Positions 10,465-22,991 of a stretch of 41,807 bases of DNA are shown here, piece by piece. The stretch comes from Paraglomus brasilianum (Eukaryota). Every line of letters starts with the position of its first letter. The stretch's first letter is position 1. Position numbers and translations under genes: made by a program. The stretch lies in contig CAJVPI010000218.1 in the NCBI GenBank assembly GCA_910592345.1, forward strand, positions 1 through 41,807, given 5' to 3'. Under the pieces are notes generated by a model. It was not told the DNA's origin and made no database searches. It worked only from the letters and a program-made list of their open reading frames with translations.

Positions 10465-12494
10465 TTGTGAGAAAAATTATCAAGATGAGATGACTAAAGC
10501 GAGTATTTTGAGTGACGTCATGAGATTAAAAGTATGTGGAACAGTGTTTGTTATAAGTCACTTTGTGAATAAAAGTTCCTCGCGATAGTTATAAGTCACT
10601 TTGCAATACTTTTATTTTTATAGGTGGTGATTATAAAATGACAGAAACTTCTCTATTCTTCGGAAAGCAAACTTGTAATAGCAATGATTGAAAAGTAACC
10701 ATCTTGCATCTTCCTGCTCTAATTGATTGAAGAATTCCAGACATACAATTCAGAAATATCATGCGCTAAACGGGTTCAAAATTAGCAGTATTCCCATGGC
10801 CAATGTTATAGACCGCTCGCCTTTATAAAGTTAGCTTTATACTAACACGAATTCGAATAAATCTGCGGGCTGCATTTCTCAACGACGAGATACTGACTCG
10901 TCAGCAAAAATCTCTTATAACCAACCTAAATAAAGACCTCTCTTATAACCAACGACTTTCAACAATAGTATGTTAATCTACGGGAAAGTTTCTTGACTTT
11001 TGGATATGTGTTAACATTTTAATATCAACAAGCAACGATTTTTAGGGTATAATTCCGATCGTAAGCCGTAATTTGCTTCCTAAAGGTCTTGACTATGATA
11101 GCAATAGTTACAAGTAACCTGGTTCCTACATATGCACTCTGGAAAGTTCGCACCAATATATTTCATTCTCCAATCCCAGTAGCATTTTTAGCGAAAAAAG
11201 TTATCTGATAAAAGTGTAGTCATAGAGCCGTACAATCTATTATGCTCAAAGCAAGTTTAGAAGTATTAGCAACTAAGTCGCCATACAGTCTATAATAAAG
11301 TTTTCTTATTCTCTACGTATTATTAGTCAGGTGAATATGCTTCAATATAGACCAATTACATAATGTAATCTTATGCTGTAATTTTTTCGATTTTTCGATG
11401 TTTTTGAACTTTGAGTATGGCTCGGTCTTTTTAAATTGCAAGACTTATAACATTACCAATAGACCTGTTTACATATACATTTAATTGAGAGTATTAGAGT
11501 CCAACCAATTTAAAGACTTCAGTCTATTCATATTAAAACTTACCAATAAGCAAAGTAATGGATCAATTGTAATAGAACCTTAGCGTTGTGAAGCCAATCC
11601 TTAAAAATGCATTCCGATGTAAGTGCCACTTTTAAGATAACCAACAGAATCTTTGTAAAGAATTATTGTATCGCGCTTGGAGACTAGTTGCCTATCAATC
11701 AACAATTGTTTGCACACAAAGGTATTCTTTGTTTTAAACAATGTCTTTGGACGCGATAAAGTAAGTACTTGTGTCTTGTGTTACGCTGCATAAAAGAGCA
11801 TATACAAAAACATACATCAAAATACAACCAGTTATCTTTGATCTGCGATAACTTTTCATAGATTTTCATGTGTGTGACATAGATACTGTCACTTCATCTG
11901 ACAGGGCCAAATATATCACAAAAATCGTTGTGAATTACATAGTAAATACGTACAGTAGAGCTCTTTGAAGAGATTTGGCCTGCGATAGGTGAGTGTAACG
12001 TCATAATTTATGTTATTTGCCGCAGTTTTTGTAATATTATGTGGCGCATATTAATATCTTGGCATGCATGACAAAGGCAATTGATCACTGCATGCTATTG
12101 ACATGTTTTGCAACATATTTGGTGTAACAATCATTCTAGTCACGGCTCGAATGTGGTGAAGTACAGCACCGACGTTTAAGGTTTGACGAAGAAACAATAT
12201 TAATCTCCATCCAATGCAACTGTATATTTGTTTCCCTTTTTTTTTTTTTTTTAGTATGAAAAAAAAAAACAACTGCTACAATCCATGCAAAATAGGTATT
12301 ATTAGAACATTTAACCCCATTGCTATTATACTTTGTCTTGTGATTTTCAACCCGAATAGTAGCCGGTAGTTCTGCTCCGAAGATGCAGCTTTCGAAATTC
12401 TTAGAGAAATTCGATATCGAAGTTCACTAAGCTGTTATTGGGTGGTGTTTCTATTTGTTCACGTTTGATTGGTCAACCCACTTTGCAAAGCAGG

Positions 12495-12556
12495 TAGACT
12501 ATACCATTTAGGGTATAGACTATACCATTTAGGGTATAGACTATACCATACAGGGT
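12495..12556. repeat. 21-bp tandem repeat, about 3 copies
   Basis: TAGACTATACCATTTAGGGTA twice exactly, plus a third degenerate copy TAGACTATACCATACAGGGT. Confidence 0.9.
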
Positions 12557-12890
12557 CAACACGTGCATATATATACACTACTATTAAAGTATAAAATATT
12601 CGGGAATGAATGCCCCATTTAATTATTGAAAAGTGAAAAAACAAGTTGCTCAGAAAGACATTGTTCACTCATGTCTTCAACTCCGAGTGGTTGCGTAGCG
12701 TAAAACCGAGCAGTGACATTTTAATATTAATTATGTAAGATTTATATGTATATATATGCACAATACATTCAATACAATTGCCGCGGAAAATTTGCATTCA
12801 TCCCATAATTGTATAAATACATGGACATGTTTTATATATATAGACATGCGAGGTATTTGTGTGGTTTGCCGACGATAAGTATCCCTAAAC

Positions 12891-15635
12891 ATGTCACTAG
12901 CACCACCATCTTACTCGTCCGAAACCAAATCCCAGCCATTGTTTGCCTCGGAATATTGTCTTTCCCCAGAATCACAAGTCGATGACAGTTACTTCAGTCA
13001 TACTGCGCCGTCTTCACCCCGACTTGTAATAACGAATAGCAACGATGATGAGGATAATAGCATGAAAAAGTATGATGATGTTTCGTTAAAGAGTCAATAT
13101 CCATGCCATCGGTCAATTGAGACATTTAATGATTCAATTGTGTGATCTCTGTATGTATGTTAGACAATTACCATCAGATGACGTTTTTCTTAACGAGGAA
13201 TACAGAAATAGGGAAGAAGAAGAGGATGATAACCAAGACGAAGGAGAGGACGATGGGGAAGAAGACGAAGACAGTATGACAAAGGTATATATCCCTTGCC
13301 TATAGACAGACGATTAATTTATAATTAACCAATAATCGAACCCATTCCCCAGGTGGAAGAGGAGGAGTATCAAGAGTCTAGCCATAAAGACCATGAGATA
13401 CGAACTGCATTCCAGCAGAAATGTTATGATTTCTTTGAAAGACCCAAAAGTCGAAGTGCTCGAGTGTTCTTCGCTTTCTCTGCAGCATGTATTGTTATCA
13501 CTGTGGTTATGATTTGTGTTGATTCATTGCCCAAGTATGCCCTTCTTGATTGGTCTCAATATCACCGCATGTGGTAAGTTGAATCGGGATCCTCGTTTGC
13601 CCGTCTATTGTTGAGCATCAAATGTCGATCCATTTTCTCATCAAACATTTATTGTAGGTTACCTCTTGATACGCTTGTTATTGTGACATTCACCGCAGAA
13701 TATGTTGGGCGATTCTTTGCTGCAACAAACAAACTGAAATTTGTCATCAGTAAGTCGACCTTTTGTCACGAATACGCGGAAGTTATATAATATCCGACTT
13801 AAACACAATATGTTTATTATCTTACAGGGCCAATGAATGTGATTGATCTACTCTCAATTCTTCCATTCTATATCCAATTAGTTATGCCAGGAGGACCAGA
13901 AGTTAGTTTAATAATCAATAACCAACCCTACATTATGTATGATAGATAGTACCCGACGCGTTCTCCTTATAAATTAATTGTAATGTGTTATTGACATCAA
14001 TCCTATGTTAATTTAGGCCGCCTTTCGATTTGTAAGAGTTTTACGACTTTTCAGAATATTGCGTCTGTTTGACTTTGCCAAACGTTCTGTCGGATTTAAG
14101 GTGAATACTTGCAATGTTGTTTATGTTCAATTATACTCTTACCTAACCTTCTACGCACATCTCATCAGGTTACGACAAGAGTAATCAAACGCTCGCTTAT
14201 CCAAATCTTTATGGTGTCATTCTGGTTCTTCATCGTCCTCCTCCTTTCATCTAGTTTAATGTACTTTTTGGAAAGAGGACAAATTGATGAAGAAAAACAA
14301 GTCTGGTTCAGAATGAATCCAAATAGTGGTCAACTGGAAATAAGCCCGTTTCAATCAATAATACACGCATTCTACTGGTCTATTGTCACACTGACAACAA
14401 CTGGTTATGGTGATGTAACTCCGTACAGCGCATGGGGCAAAGTCTTGGCGGCTGCTACAATGATATGCGGGATATTGGTTATTGCAATGCCAACGTCAAT
14501 CATCGGGTCAAACTTTGTTGCCGAATGGACGTTACATCAACGCGCCCAATTCTTGGCTAAGTTAAGAAAGACTCGCCAGCAGGCAGAGCACCCAAAAACT
14601 GCAATTTCATGGCAGAACAAATTCCTTCGAAAGCAAAACCGGGAATTGATAGAAGCAATCACAGAAGTACAAGAAAAATTAGCAGACGTAAATCCACCTC
14701 AATATTATCAACGATACAAGAAAATTCGCAAACAATATGCGGCCGCACTAAAGAAAATAGCCCAGTTAGAAGCATCACTAGAAAAATGTAAGAATTCTAC
14801 TTGCAATCACGAACACGATACCGATAATAGCGAAAAGAAGTCTAGTGATCCGCAGAAAAGCTGGTTGTCAATTTATGGATTGCGTAATATATCTCGCAGG
14901 TCATTCACCATGCCAAACGATACAGGGATTGATCAAAGGCTGAATGAGAAAACGGTTACTGACGAAACTTTGAGAAATGACACGTACGAGTCGAAGGGTA
15001 AGGCAAATACTGATGGTAACAAGCGTAAGATATTCAAACAATCAATGTCTCTCGGTTATCCCGATAATTGGATATCGCCAAAGCGCGGAATGGCCAAGGA
15101 TGTCGTCAGCTCTCCATTCAACCCACGTCCAGCTAAACCTCAAGTTATCTCGGACGCAAACGATAATAATGATGAAATGTCGAACACGACCTTTCACTCT
15201 CTACCAGACGAAGTGCGTCTACCAACTCTTCAAAGATACAGTGATCCGAACAAGTCGACCGCAGGCAGAAAGGGATTAATGGATTTATTTAAAAAAAGGA
15301 AAGACAGCACGCTTTCTACTAAAGGGGGAAGCGCGAACGTGGAAGCGGCCATCATAGACATAAATACGAACAGAATGCAAACGGTAGATGGGGATGTCGA
15401 TAGGAATGATGACGAAAGGGAGAACGTTATCGAGGAACAGTCCGTTGTTAATGATAGAGAGACTATGTCTGAGAAGATCGGCACAGATGAATATAGTTTT
15501 AGTTGCGATACTAATACCAATGACAATGCAGAGATCAAAATTGTTATAGAGTGTCCACAAGATGAAATCGATAATGATAAAGATGATCAGAATATCAATG
15601 AGGAAGAACACATGCCCATCAAACGAACAAATTAA
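12891..15635 (+). CDS. Voltage-gated potassium channel (6TM Kv-like), 7 exons (12891-13069, 13164-13284, 13353-13573, 13658-13749, 13828-13901, 14017-14100, 14169-15635)
   Basis: Selectivity filter TTTGYGD, pore helix AFYWSIVT, S3 NVIDLLSILPFY, Arg-rich S4 RFVRVLRLFRILRLF, S6 GILVIAMPTSII and a C-terminal coiled-coil-like segment. All introns are GT-AG with consistent phase. Confidence 0.95.
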
Positions 15636-16710
15636 GTAATTGACCACACTAGGCTTATTCTTCACCAACAGGATAGTTTCGTGCTTATTCTTTACTTACG
15701 TACATAATCAAATTGTGTTCTGAATCACCGATGAAACTGGCATCAGCGGTCCAGGACAAGATATGAGTCAAACGGGGGAGATTATGTTATCAGGGAAGAT
15801 CGAAGTTAAAAAAAGAACGGATGATGGGAATTTGACACTACATCAGCGTGTAAAATATAAACTTTGTTCGAGGGAAAAAAAGGGGGGAATATAAAAACAA
15901 TAGATATTTTGTATTATAGAAAAAGAATGGGAATTATTCTCTGAAAAACTAACCCTAATGAGGAAAGAATGTATTTAATTAACACACAAGAATAAAGAAT
16001 GTAGATTTTCAAACTCTACTCTGTCATCAACCAGTAAATTATACAGTATATATTTCATTCAATGTTAGTGTCATATTACTATTCCTTATTCCATTTATTT
16101 AGACCTTTTTAGGCCAATAAGTTTAGTCACTTTGAAACAGCGGGATTATATCTCGAAGGCAAATTCTAGTGTCGCCGCTTGCATTAGCCGCTGAGGGCAA
16201 TGCTCCTTTGAGAATCTGACTAGCATAGACAAACGGTCAGTTACTGCATACATTGCGGAAGTTGGTGCTTCACAGAATATATAGTTTGCATTTTTTATTA
16301 TTGTTGTGAATCTGACTGAAACGGACTGCATGATTTTATAATAGACCGAATTGACATCTTACGTGCCTTGGATAGAACATACGTATATTAACATTCAATT
16401 ATTGTGACAGATTAAACGAAAAAATGTCCATTGCAATAGTAACCTTTTCCCCCTTGTGTATACACGGCAACAAGCATTTCAAGTTATCTTTTTATGCCAT
16501 TCATTGGCGTAAACCAACACAAAGCAGCTTCTGTTTCATTTTAATCAGATTTCGCTTTAACCTTTAACGTTATTAATATTAAAATTAAATGTATGTACAA
16601 CATTTTTGTGCCGTGCAATCCAAATTTGGCAACAGAATGGTTGCACATTAGAATGACGCGACGGAGAACACGATATGAGTACCTCGAGTATTTCCCTAAA
16701 TCACAAAAAC

Positions 16711-19700
16711 ATGTCTCTAGTGAAAGATCAAGACACTTCTTCACAAGAAAACGTATTCCTGAAGCTGACACAAGATGCTGGCTTTCGAATATGTCCTGAC
16801 GGATCGATGAAACTTGGTGGGTAATTGTCTTCATTTTAATGTCCTTTTCTGTACAGCTTTTGTCATAAACTCTCTTAACAAATTTGTTTGAAAACGCGCG
16901 ATAGTCGTTGAGCCTGCCGTTTATCGTCGTGAGTTAGCACAAAGATTACGAGCTCATTCGGAATATCCGTCTCCGCTAGTTGAAAGATTCTGTGACGCCT
17001 TCCAGAACTACGTGGAGGATCCTACTGTTCTGCGTGCTTGTTTATTGCCATTACCCATTGACACTTCTGGAAGAACGTATGCCATCTATTTTACTTTTGT
17101 CTACAAGAGTTGTTTCTTTTACGATTTTTTTTTCTTATCCCAACCCGCCGTCTCTTAGCCGACATTCTCCGACCGAGAGTTTAGTCCGTCTACTACTGAC
17201 AATTGACATTCTACAACCACTTCTGCTGGATATGCTCCTGGAAAGACTCCCGGAATTTCTCGCCGAGTATGTAAATTCTATTAATTTATAGAATTGTCAG
17301 AAATTCCTCACAATTATGAATATTTTCTATTGGCCAATAGCTCCGTAGAATCACCACTACCACGTCTTATTCTACATCAGATGAAATGGCTTGATCATAT
17401 CGTTGAATCTCAACGACTTGCTTCTAAGATTACAGAGGTATATGAAGAGAAAACCATAGTTAATTACGTGTTTAGACAGCGTCATTTTAACGGATAGTCT
17501 TTATTTAGATAATTACAGTGACTCCACTTGGAATACAGAAGGAAATTATAACAAGTCTACCAGAGATTATTAGTGACGCTAAGCAAGTTGTATGTATAAA
17601 AAACATTTATACGCTAATGAAATTTTCATATTGAAAGAATGCATGCTAATATGTTCGGCTTGATTTAAACAGGATATCGGTAAAGAATTGAAGGATTTAA
17701 TGGAAGAAAACTGTCAACTGACGGTTCCTATACTCGATGCCCTTGCTAATTTCACATTGACCGATGACTTGTTGCGTGATGTGCGAGAAACAATCATCGA
17801 TCGGCTAGAGTCCGCAGATATTGAGGATTTACCTGTTGTCATCAAATTTATTCTGCAAACGGCAACAGGAAATGACGCCGAAAGAGTATTTATTCATGAT
17901 TTGAATGGAATGTATATTTTACCAGTCCCGCAGAGATTTCCAACTAATTGGCGTGGGTCATATTTACTTAGATTATTGAAAACATCAGACAGAAACTGGA
18001 CTTTCGCTCTATTATGCAATTACGACGTGTTGATATAGATGATAAATCGCGTTCAGTAGTGCCTAAGAAAGAAAGAATTCCGGAAGCGTTGATACTGGAA
18101 TCATTGAGGATCGGCATCCAATTTCATAAATTCATTAAAGACGCGTGGATCAAAACGATTACCGATGTTGACAAGGCGGTAAGGGCGAAAGTAACAACCC
18201 TTCTTCTAATAATATTATTCAACTATGTCTGATATTCTTGAACGTACTCAATGTGTTTAATTTGTAGGCTGATCATAAGGTTATTGATATCGTGGTACTT
18301 ATTATTATACACTCTATACCAAGTATGAGGAGGAAAATCCAAACCATCTTCCGGAAGAAAACTGCCAATGGTTTATTCTCGAAACTGCTTTTACAAGAGA
18401 CTATTTTATGCCATGCAGATGGTTTGAAAGAATACTTTAATTCCATTCTCTCGTTATCGGAGAGTCTTCTTAGATCAAGCCAGCAGCAGAGTGTCATTGC
18501 ACCCATCGCTTGTGCATTGTATCTGAGCTCTTTCAAAGCCTTTGACGCATATCATCGACAAGAAGTTGTAGGGTCATTGGTTACTCATATTGGAAGTGGC
18601 TCACAGACGGAGGTTAATTCGGCTATGTCTGTATTGTTGCACATAGTAAGAGAAGATACGCAAAAAATGAGCCGATTTACGATATTTATAAAAGGAATAC
18701 TAGATTATCTAGATAATTTGACCATTGACCAAATTCAAATTCTGTTCGAGATACTAAGTAACCTGGCATTAGAGGCAAGTTTTCTACTTAACAATCGACT
18801 TAGCTATCTGCTCTTCCTTTTTAACCATGATAGTTTTTATCATTCCTGCATTTTAGGACGCCAATCAAGGCTTAGGTTCTGGTGGCTTACTCGCGGAGAT
18901 TTCCATAGTCGTTCAAAAACAGTTGACAAATCCTGCCGAGAGGTATAAGCAGATAGGCGTCGTTGGTGCTTTAGCTCTTGTGCAAACTCTGGGATCTAAG
19001 GACGCTCCTAGAAACCTTAATGGCGCATCTTCCTCTTGTTCTGGTAATTAACCAAACTCTTATTGCCGTTACTCGGATATATACGTGTCTCACATAGAAC
19101 AACTTTCATAGATTCCAATATCCAAGAAATAACGCAAGTTCCTCTGTTAAAGTCTGCCGTTGAAAACTTGGAAAAGCTACGAATACATTGTTCTCGATCA
19201 ATGGTATGTCACTACTATGGAACTTATGTGTGCAATTCTTAGTTTGACATGTACTTATTCTCATGCCACCTGGTCAAGAAATGTCTTTCTTTGGCGTACG
19301 ATGAGCTTGCATATCTTATTGCAAGTGGATGCTTAGACGAACGTCTTGTAATGTGGATTAAAGAGAAGTTTGCCCCATTTGCAGACATTTATTTGTGCGA
19401 TGCAGATGACGCTGGTAACTTGCAGACCAGCGCTGCTCATTTAGATGGACTACCCATTGAAATATGGATGCATTTGGACGAACCGGTGAGATAATACGCG
19501 TACATGATCCTCAATTTGCAACGTGATTGACTCGATACGTTACTATTAATATCGCTCATTATCTACTAGGACTCTGTGTTTGTCAATTTGTACCCTTTTC
19601 TCTGTGCCCCGCTTGTTAGTTCAGATGTACATGCTTCCAGTAGACGTGATTGGATTATTTGCATGTGTTCTATGTTTAAATTAATTCAGGCTTGTGAGAA

Positions 19701-22574
19701 AGCCAATAATAACGGACAGCTGGAGAGCATTGATGCTTTGTTAGGCTGTGGTTTGTTAATGTATGAGAGAAAGGCAGAGATATGGGTAAGTACGCAAAGC
19801 GATATATCAGGAACTCTTTCTTAGTAAATTAGCAATCACAATAATTTACAATAGTCTTGTGTTTGAACGGTTAATTATTCGGATGTATTAGGATACGAAG
19901 GAGACAGAAACGAAGACTGCAAATATAATTGCATGTGACGCGCTATTCTTCGCAATTAATTGGTATTACAATTCAGTCTATAATTGATGACTGGTCGAGC
20001 CGTATCCAACTATGCTAAGTACGGTTTACATTCTGTAACAGGTATAGGGAAATCATAAACGCTTTCTGCGGACAGCTTATTGATGACTATTGTGGTGAGT
20101 TTGAAATATCTTTGCTTTTCAGTGGCTATGGATTGACTTGAACGATTGACCAAAGGTATAAATTTGTTAGAAAAGATAATTCTACGTCTTCGCCACATTA
20201 CCGAATTAGAAGGTTTACTTGATAAATTGATGGATTCTGTGCCATCATTTCAACCGCTTGGATACGGACAATTACAGAAAACCAATGATGCGGAGCATCG
20301 AATTCTTGTTTTAAACGAAACAGAGTCGCAGCGAACGCTTGGACGGACTCGTCGAACAAAGATGAGAGGGGCTAACACAAAGAGCATGCGATCCAATGAT
20401 AAGGTCAATGAAAGCCAAGACAAATCTACAAATGACATTTTAGCTGGCAAACCAGTCACTCTCGCAGACATTAAACCGTATATGCGCGAATTTGGACTTG
20501 ACGTATACAGTTTACTACAATATTGTGAATTGAACTTGCATACTGAGGCGGCAGAGGGAGATGTTGAGCAAAAGTGTAAGACTACTAATTTACAGGACAA
20601 GAACGTTAAGTTGAGAGCACAGGAAATGATCTATCTCCTCGACGACTTGATACGTAAACTGGAATTCAAACTTACCTCTTCGGAATCACCTGCAGGTATA
20701 AAGAAATCGAAGAGACTTAATATTGAAGCAAAAGATATGGGATTTTCATCCATTGCGCGTGTAAATGCGATAGACGTTGTCAATGCAGTAATTGGTATAT
20801 TGCCTCATATTTTGCGCCATATTGAGTCTGTACACAACTTTTTGGATCCACAATCAGACAATGTCATTGACGAAGAAGAATCTACCACGATAAACCGGTG
20901 CTCTGAGCTTCTGCTAGACGTCCTTAGGCGGATAATTATGTGGCTAGAATTAAGAAGCTCGGATAACGAGGATTGTCTGTTAAATCTGCTGAAATGTATT
21001 GCCTTTTCATCTCATTCATCAATTCCAACCGAGACGCTGCAATTGAACAATTTGGCTCAGAATGCATTTGATCAGATGCAGAAATACGCGTACAGAATTC
21101 CGACATTAAAAGCCGCTATATTACTGCATAAGATTCTCAGTAGTATAGCTGACATAGGAAAGGGCTGTAATGAATTAAGGAATAAATGCGGAGAAATAGC
21201 TCGACATTTACTCTCGCGCTCTTGGACGGACGATAAAGAGTTGAAAGCAGAATTTATTATATATTTAATTCAAATGGATGTTAAACATTCGGCAGATGTA
21301 GTAACGAGAATAGAAAATTACGCGACTACTGTCATTCCTGCTTTCATTGAGAGTAATGCTGATATCCTTGTAGCGAATCCTTTGTTGAATAGAGATACTT
21401 TTGCTCATTTCTATAAAGCAATTTTACTTGAGGTCGACGAGGTGCTTGATGCGTATAATCCTATTAACTTTGAATCAGAAGGAGAAACCGTGAGATTTTT
21501 CTTCAGGATGACCAGCTGTTGGAAGAGCTTGATTTCTGTTATTAAGATCAACCAAAAGCGCGCCGTGTTGTCGGTTGTTCTGAAGTATGGAGGACGATAT
21601 GTTGACTTATTTGTAAAGAAGGTCTTACCTTTTATGGATAAGAACTTCAAATTGCATCGCGACGATGTCTTGAAAATTTTCAAAGATTTTCAGAACGGGA
21701 CCCGGGTTATTCAGGTATTCAGAGCATTGACTCATTGGTCTTGGTATTATAACGCTGATCAATAGATTGCTGACTGGTTTGTGACATGGTCCTATACTAT
21801 CTGTATTTATGTTTGGCAATACACTTTTGTTATTAGGCCCTTTGCTCTCATGTCAAGGTTGTGAAAGATACGACATTAGCATCTCTTGTTCCGAAAGTCA
21901 AAAGATCACTCGAAACTGTTATATTTCAGGTGAAAGGTATGTTACTTCATAATGATTGTCCATCGGATGCATTCTTCATGGGCAATCTTAAACATCGTGA
22001 TCTCGAGGGACGAGAGGTATCAGCAAATATGCCAAGGGAGGAAGATGACAAGGAGAATGAAGATACTGACACACATGACGATTGTGATACGGGAAGTGAT
22101 GCTGATGTTAGTGATAAAGACGAACAATGTGTAAATAATGGAGTCACAAATGACGATAATGAAGGAAGAGAGCCAGATGCAGAATCAAACGTTTTACAAG
22201 AGACGCGTCCGAACAATAAGGCTGTTTCGATAAAAGAATTGCCTCAAAAGGTATCGAAAAAGAAATCACGTGGACAGATTTCTTACTCGAAAAAATCTGC
22301 TAAAGCACAATCACCTTCTGCATACCAATATTCGGACGAAGAAGAAACGGAAAGTATTGTATATGATGATGTAGATTTGAGCGACGATGAGGAACGTGAT
22401 GCTAGTGATGACAGCGGTGATTTTAGTGACGATGGTGGTGTAGCAATGTTCATTGATGATGAAGCAGATGTAGATGGTGACGAAGAAGACAATAATAGTT
22501 TAGAAGCTTCACCGAAAAGGAAAGTGTCTAGAAAATCATCGCTATCCAAGCAGTCTAAAAGACTTCGTAAATAG
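16711..22574 (+). CDS. FANCD2: Fanconi anemia group D2 protein (multi-exon)
   Basis: Conserved blocks SLVRLLLTIDILQP, LTVPILDALANFTL, RQEVVGSLVTHIGSG, FIKGILDYLDNL, IVVQKQL (monoubiquitination-Lys context), INWYREIINAFC and AFFMGNLKHRDLEG, plus an acidic C-tail. Start MSLVKDQ at 16711 has an aaaacATG context. Confidence 0.93.
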
Positions 22575-22991
22575 CCTTTACTCAGATATATTCAACTCTG
22601 CAAGGAACCATGATAATGTCTTTATCTGATGAAGGCTAATTGATTAATTAATGTGATGCTTGGATCACGAGACGTGGTGTATACCTTCGTAAATTGTCTA
22701 TGTTACGTTAGCTGACAATGTAAATTGTAGTGATAGAAATATTCGGCCAAATAATCTCGAACCATTAAATTACTTTCCTCCCCTCTGTACACCAAATAAG
22801 TGCTCTATGCATACAAAAAATGATTTAGCAGTAGTGTATAATAAAAGTATTTGCAAATGCTATGAACATTGACAGAATGAACGATCCCTTGTGTTTCGGA
22901 GACAGTAAAAATTATTACAAGAATTATATATGAGAACAATAATGATGAAACAAATCGATGAACGAAATGAACAAAAATCAAGCTGAAATTA

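Noticed and set aside
12495..12556. CRISPR-like or telomeric array
   Set aside because: Units are directly adjacent with no spacers, the context is eukaryotic, and TTTAGGG is not tandemly repeated.
9410..15635. Divergent K+/H+ exchange-related gene and K+ channel as a potassium gene cluster
   Set aside because: They are 2.4 kb apart and act in different compartments. There is no evidence beyond adjacency, and synteny data would be needed.
15949..15958. CTAACCCTAA, identical to a telomerase RNA template for TTAGGG
   Set aside because: A single 10-mer can occur by chance in 42 kb. It lies in the probable 3' UTR of the K+ channel with no visible pseudoknot or CR4/5-like structure.
16593..16799. 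68-aa ORF as the FANCD2 first exon
   Set aside because: The FANCD2-like N-terminus is in a different frame starting at ATG 16711.
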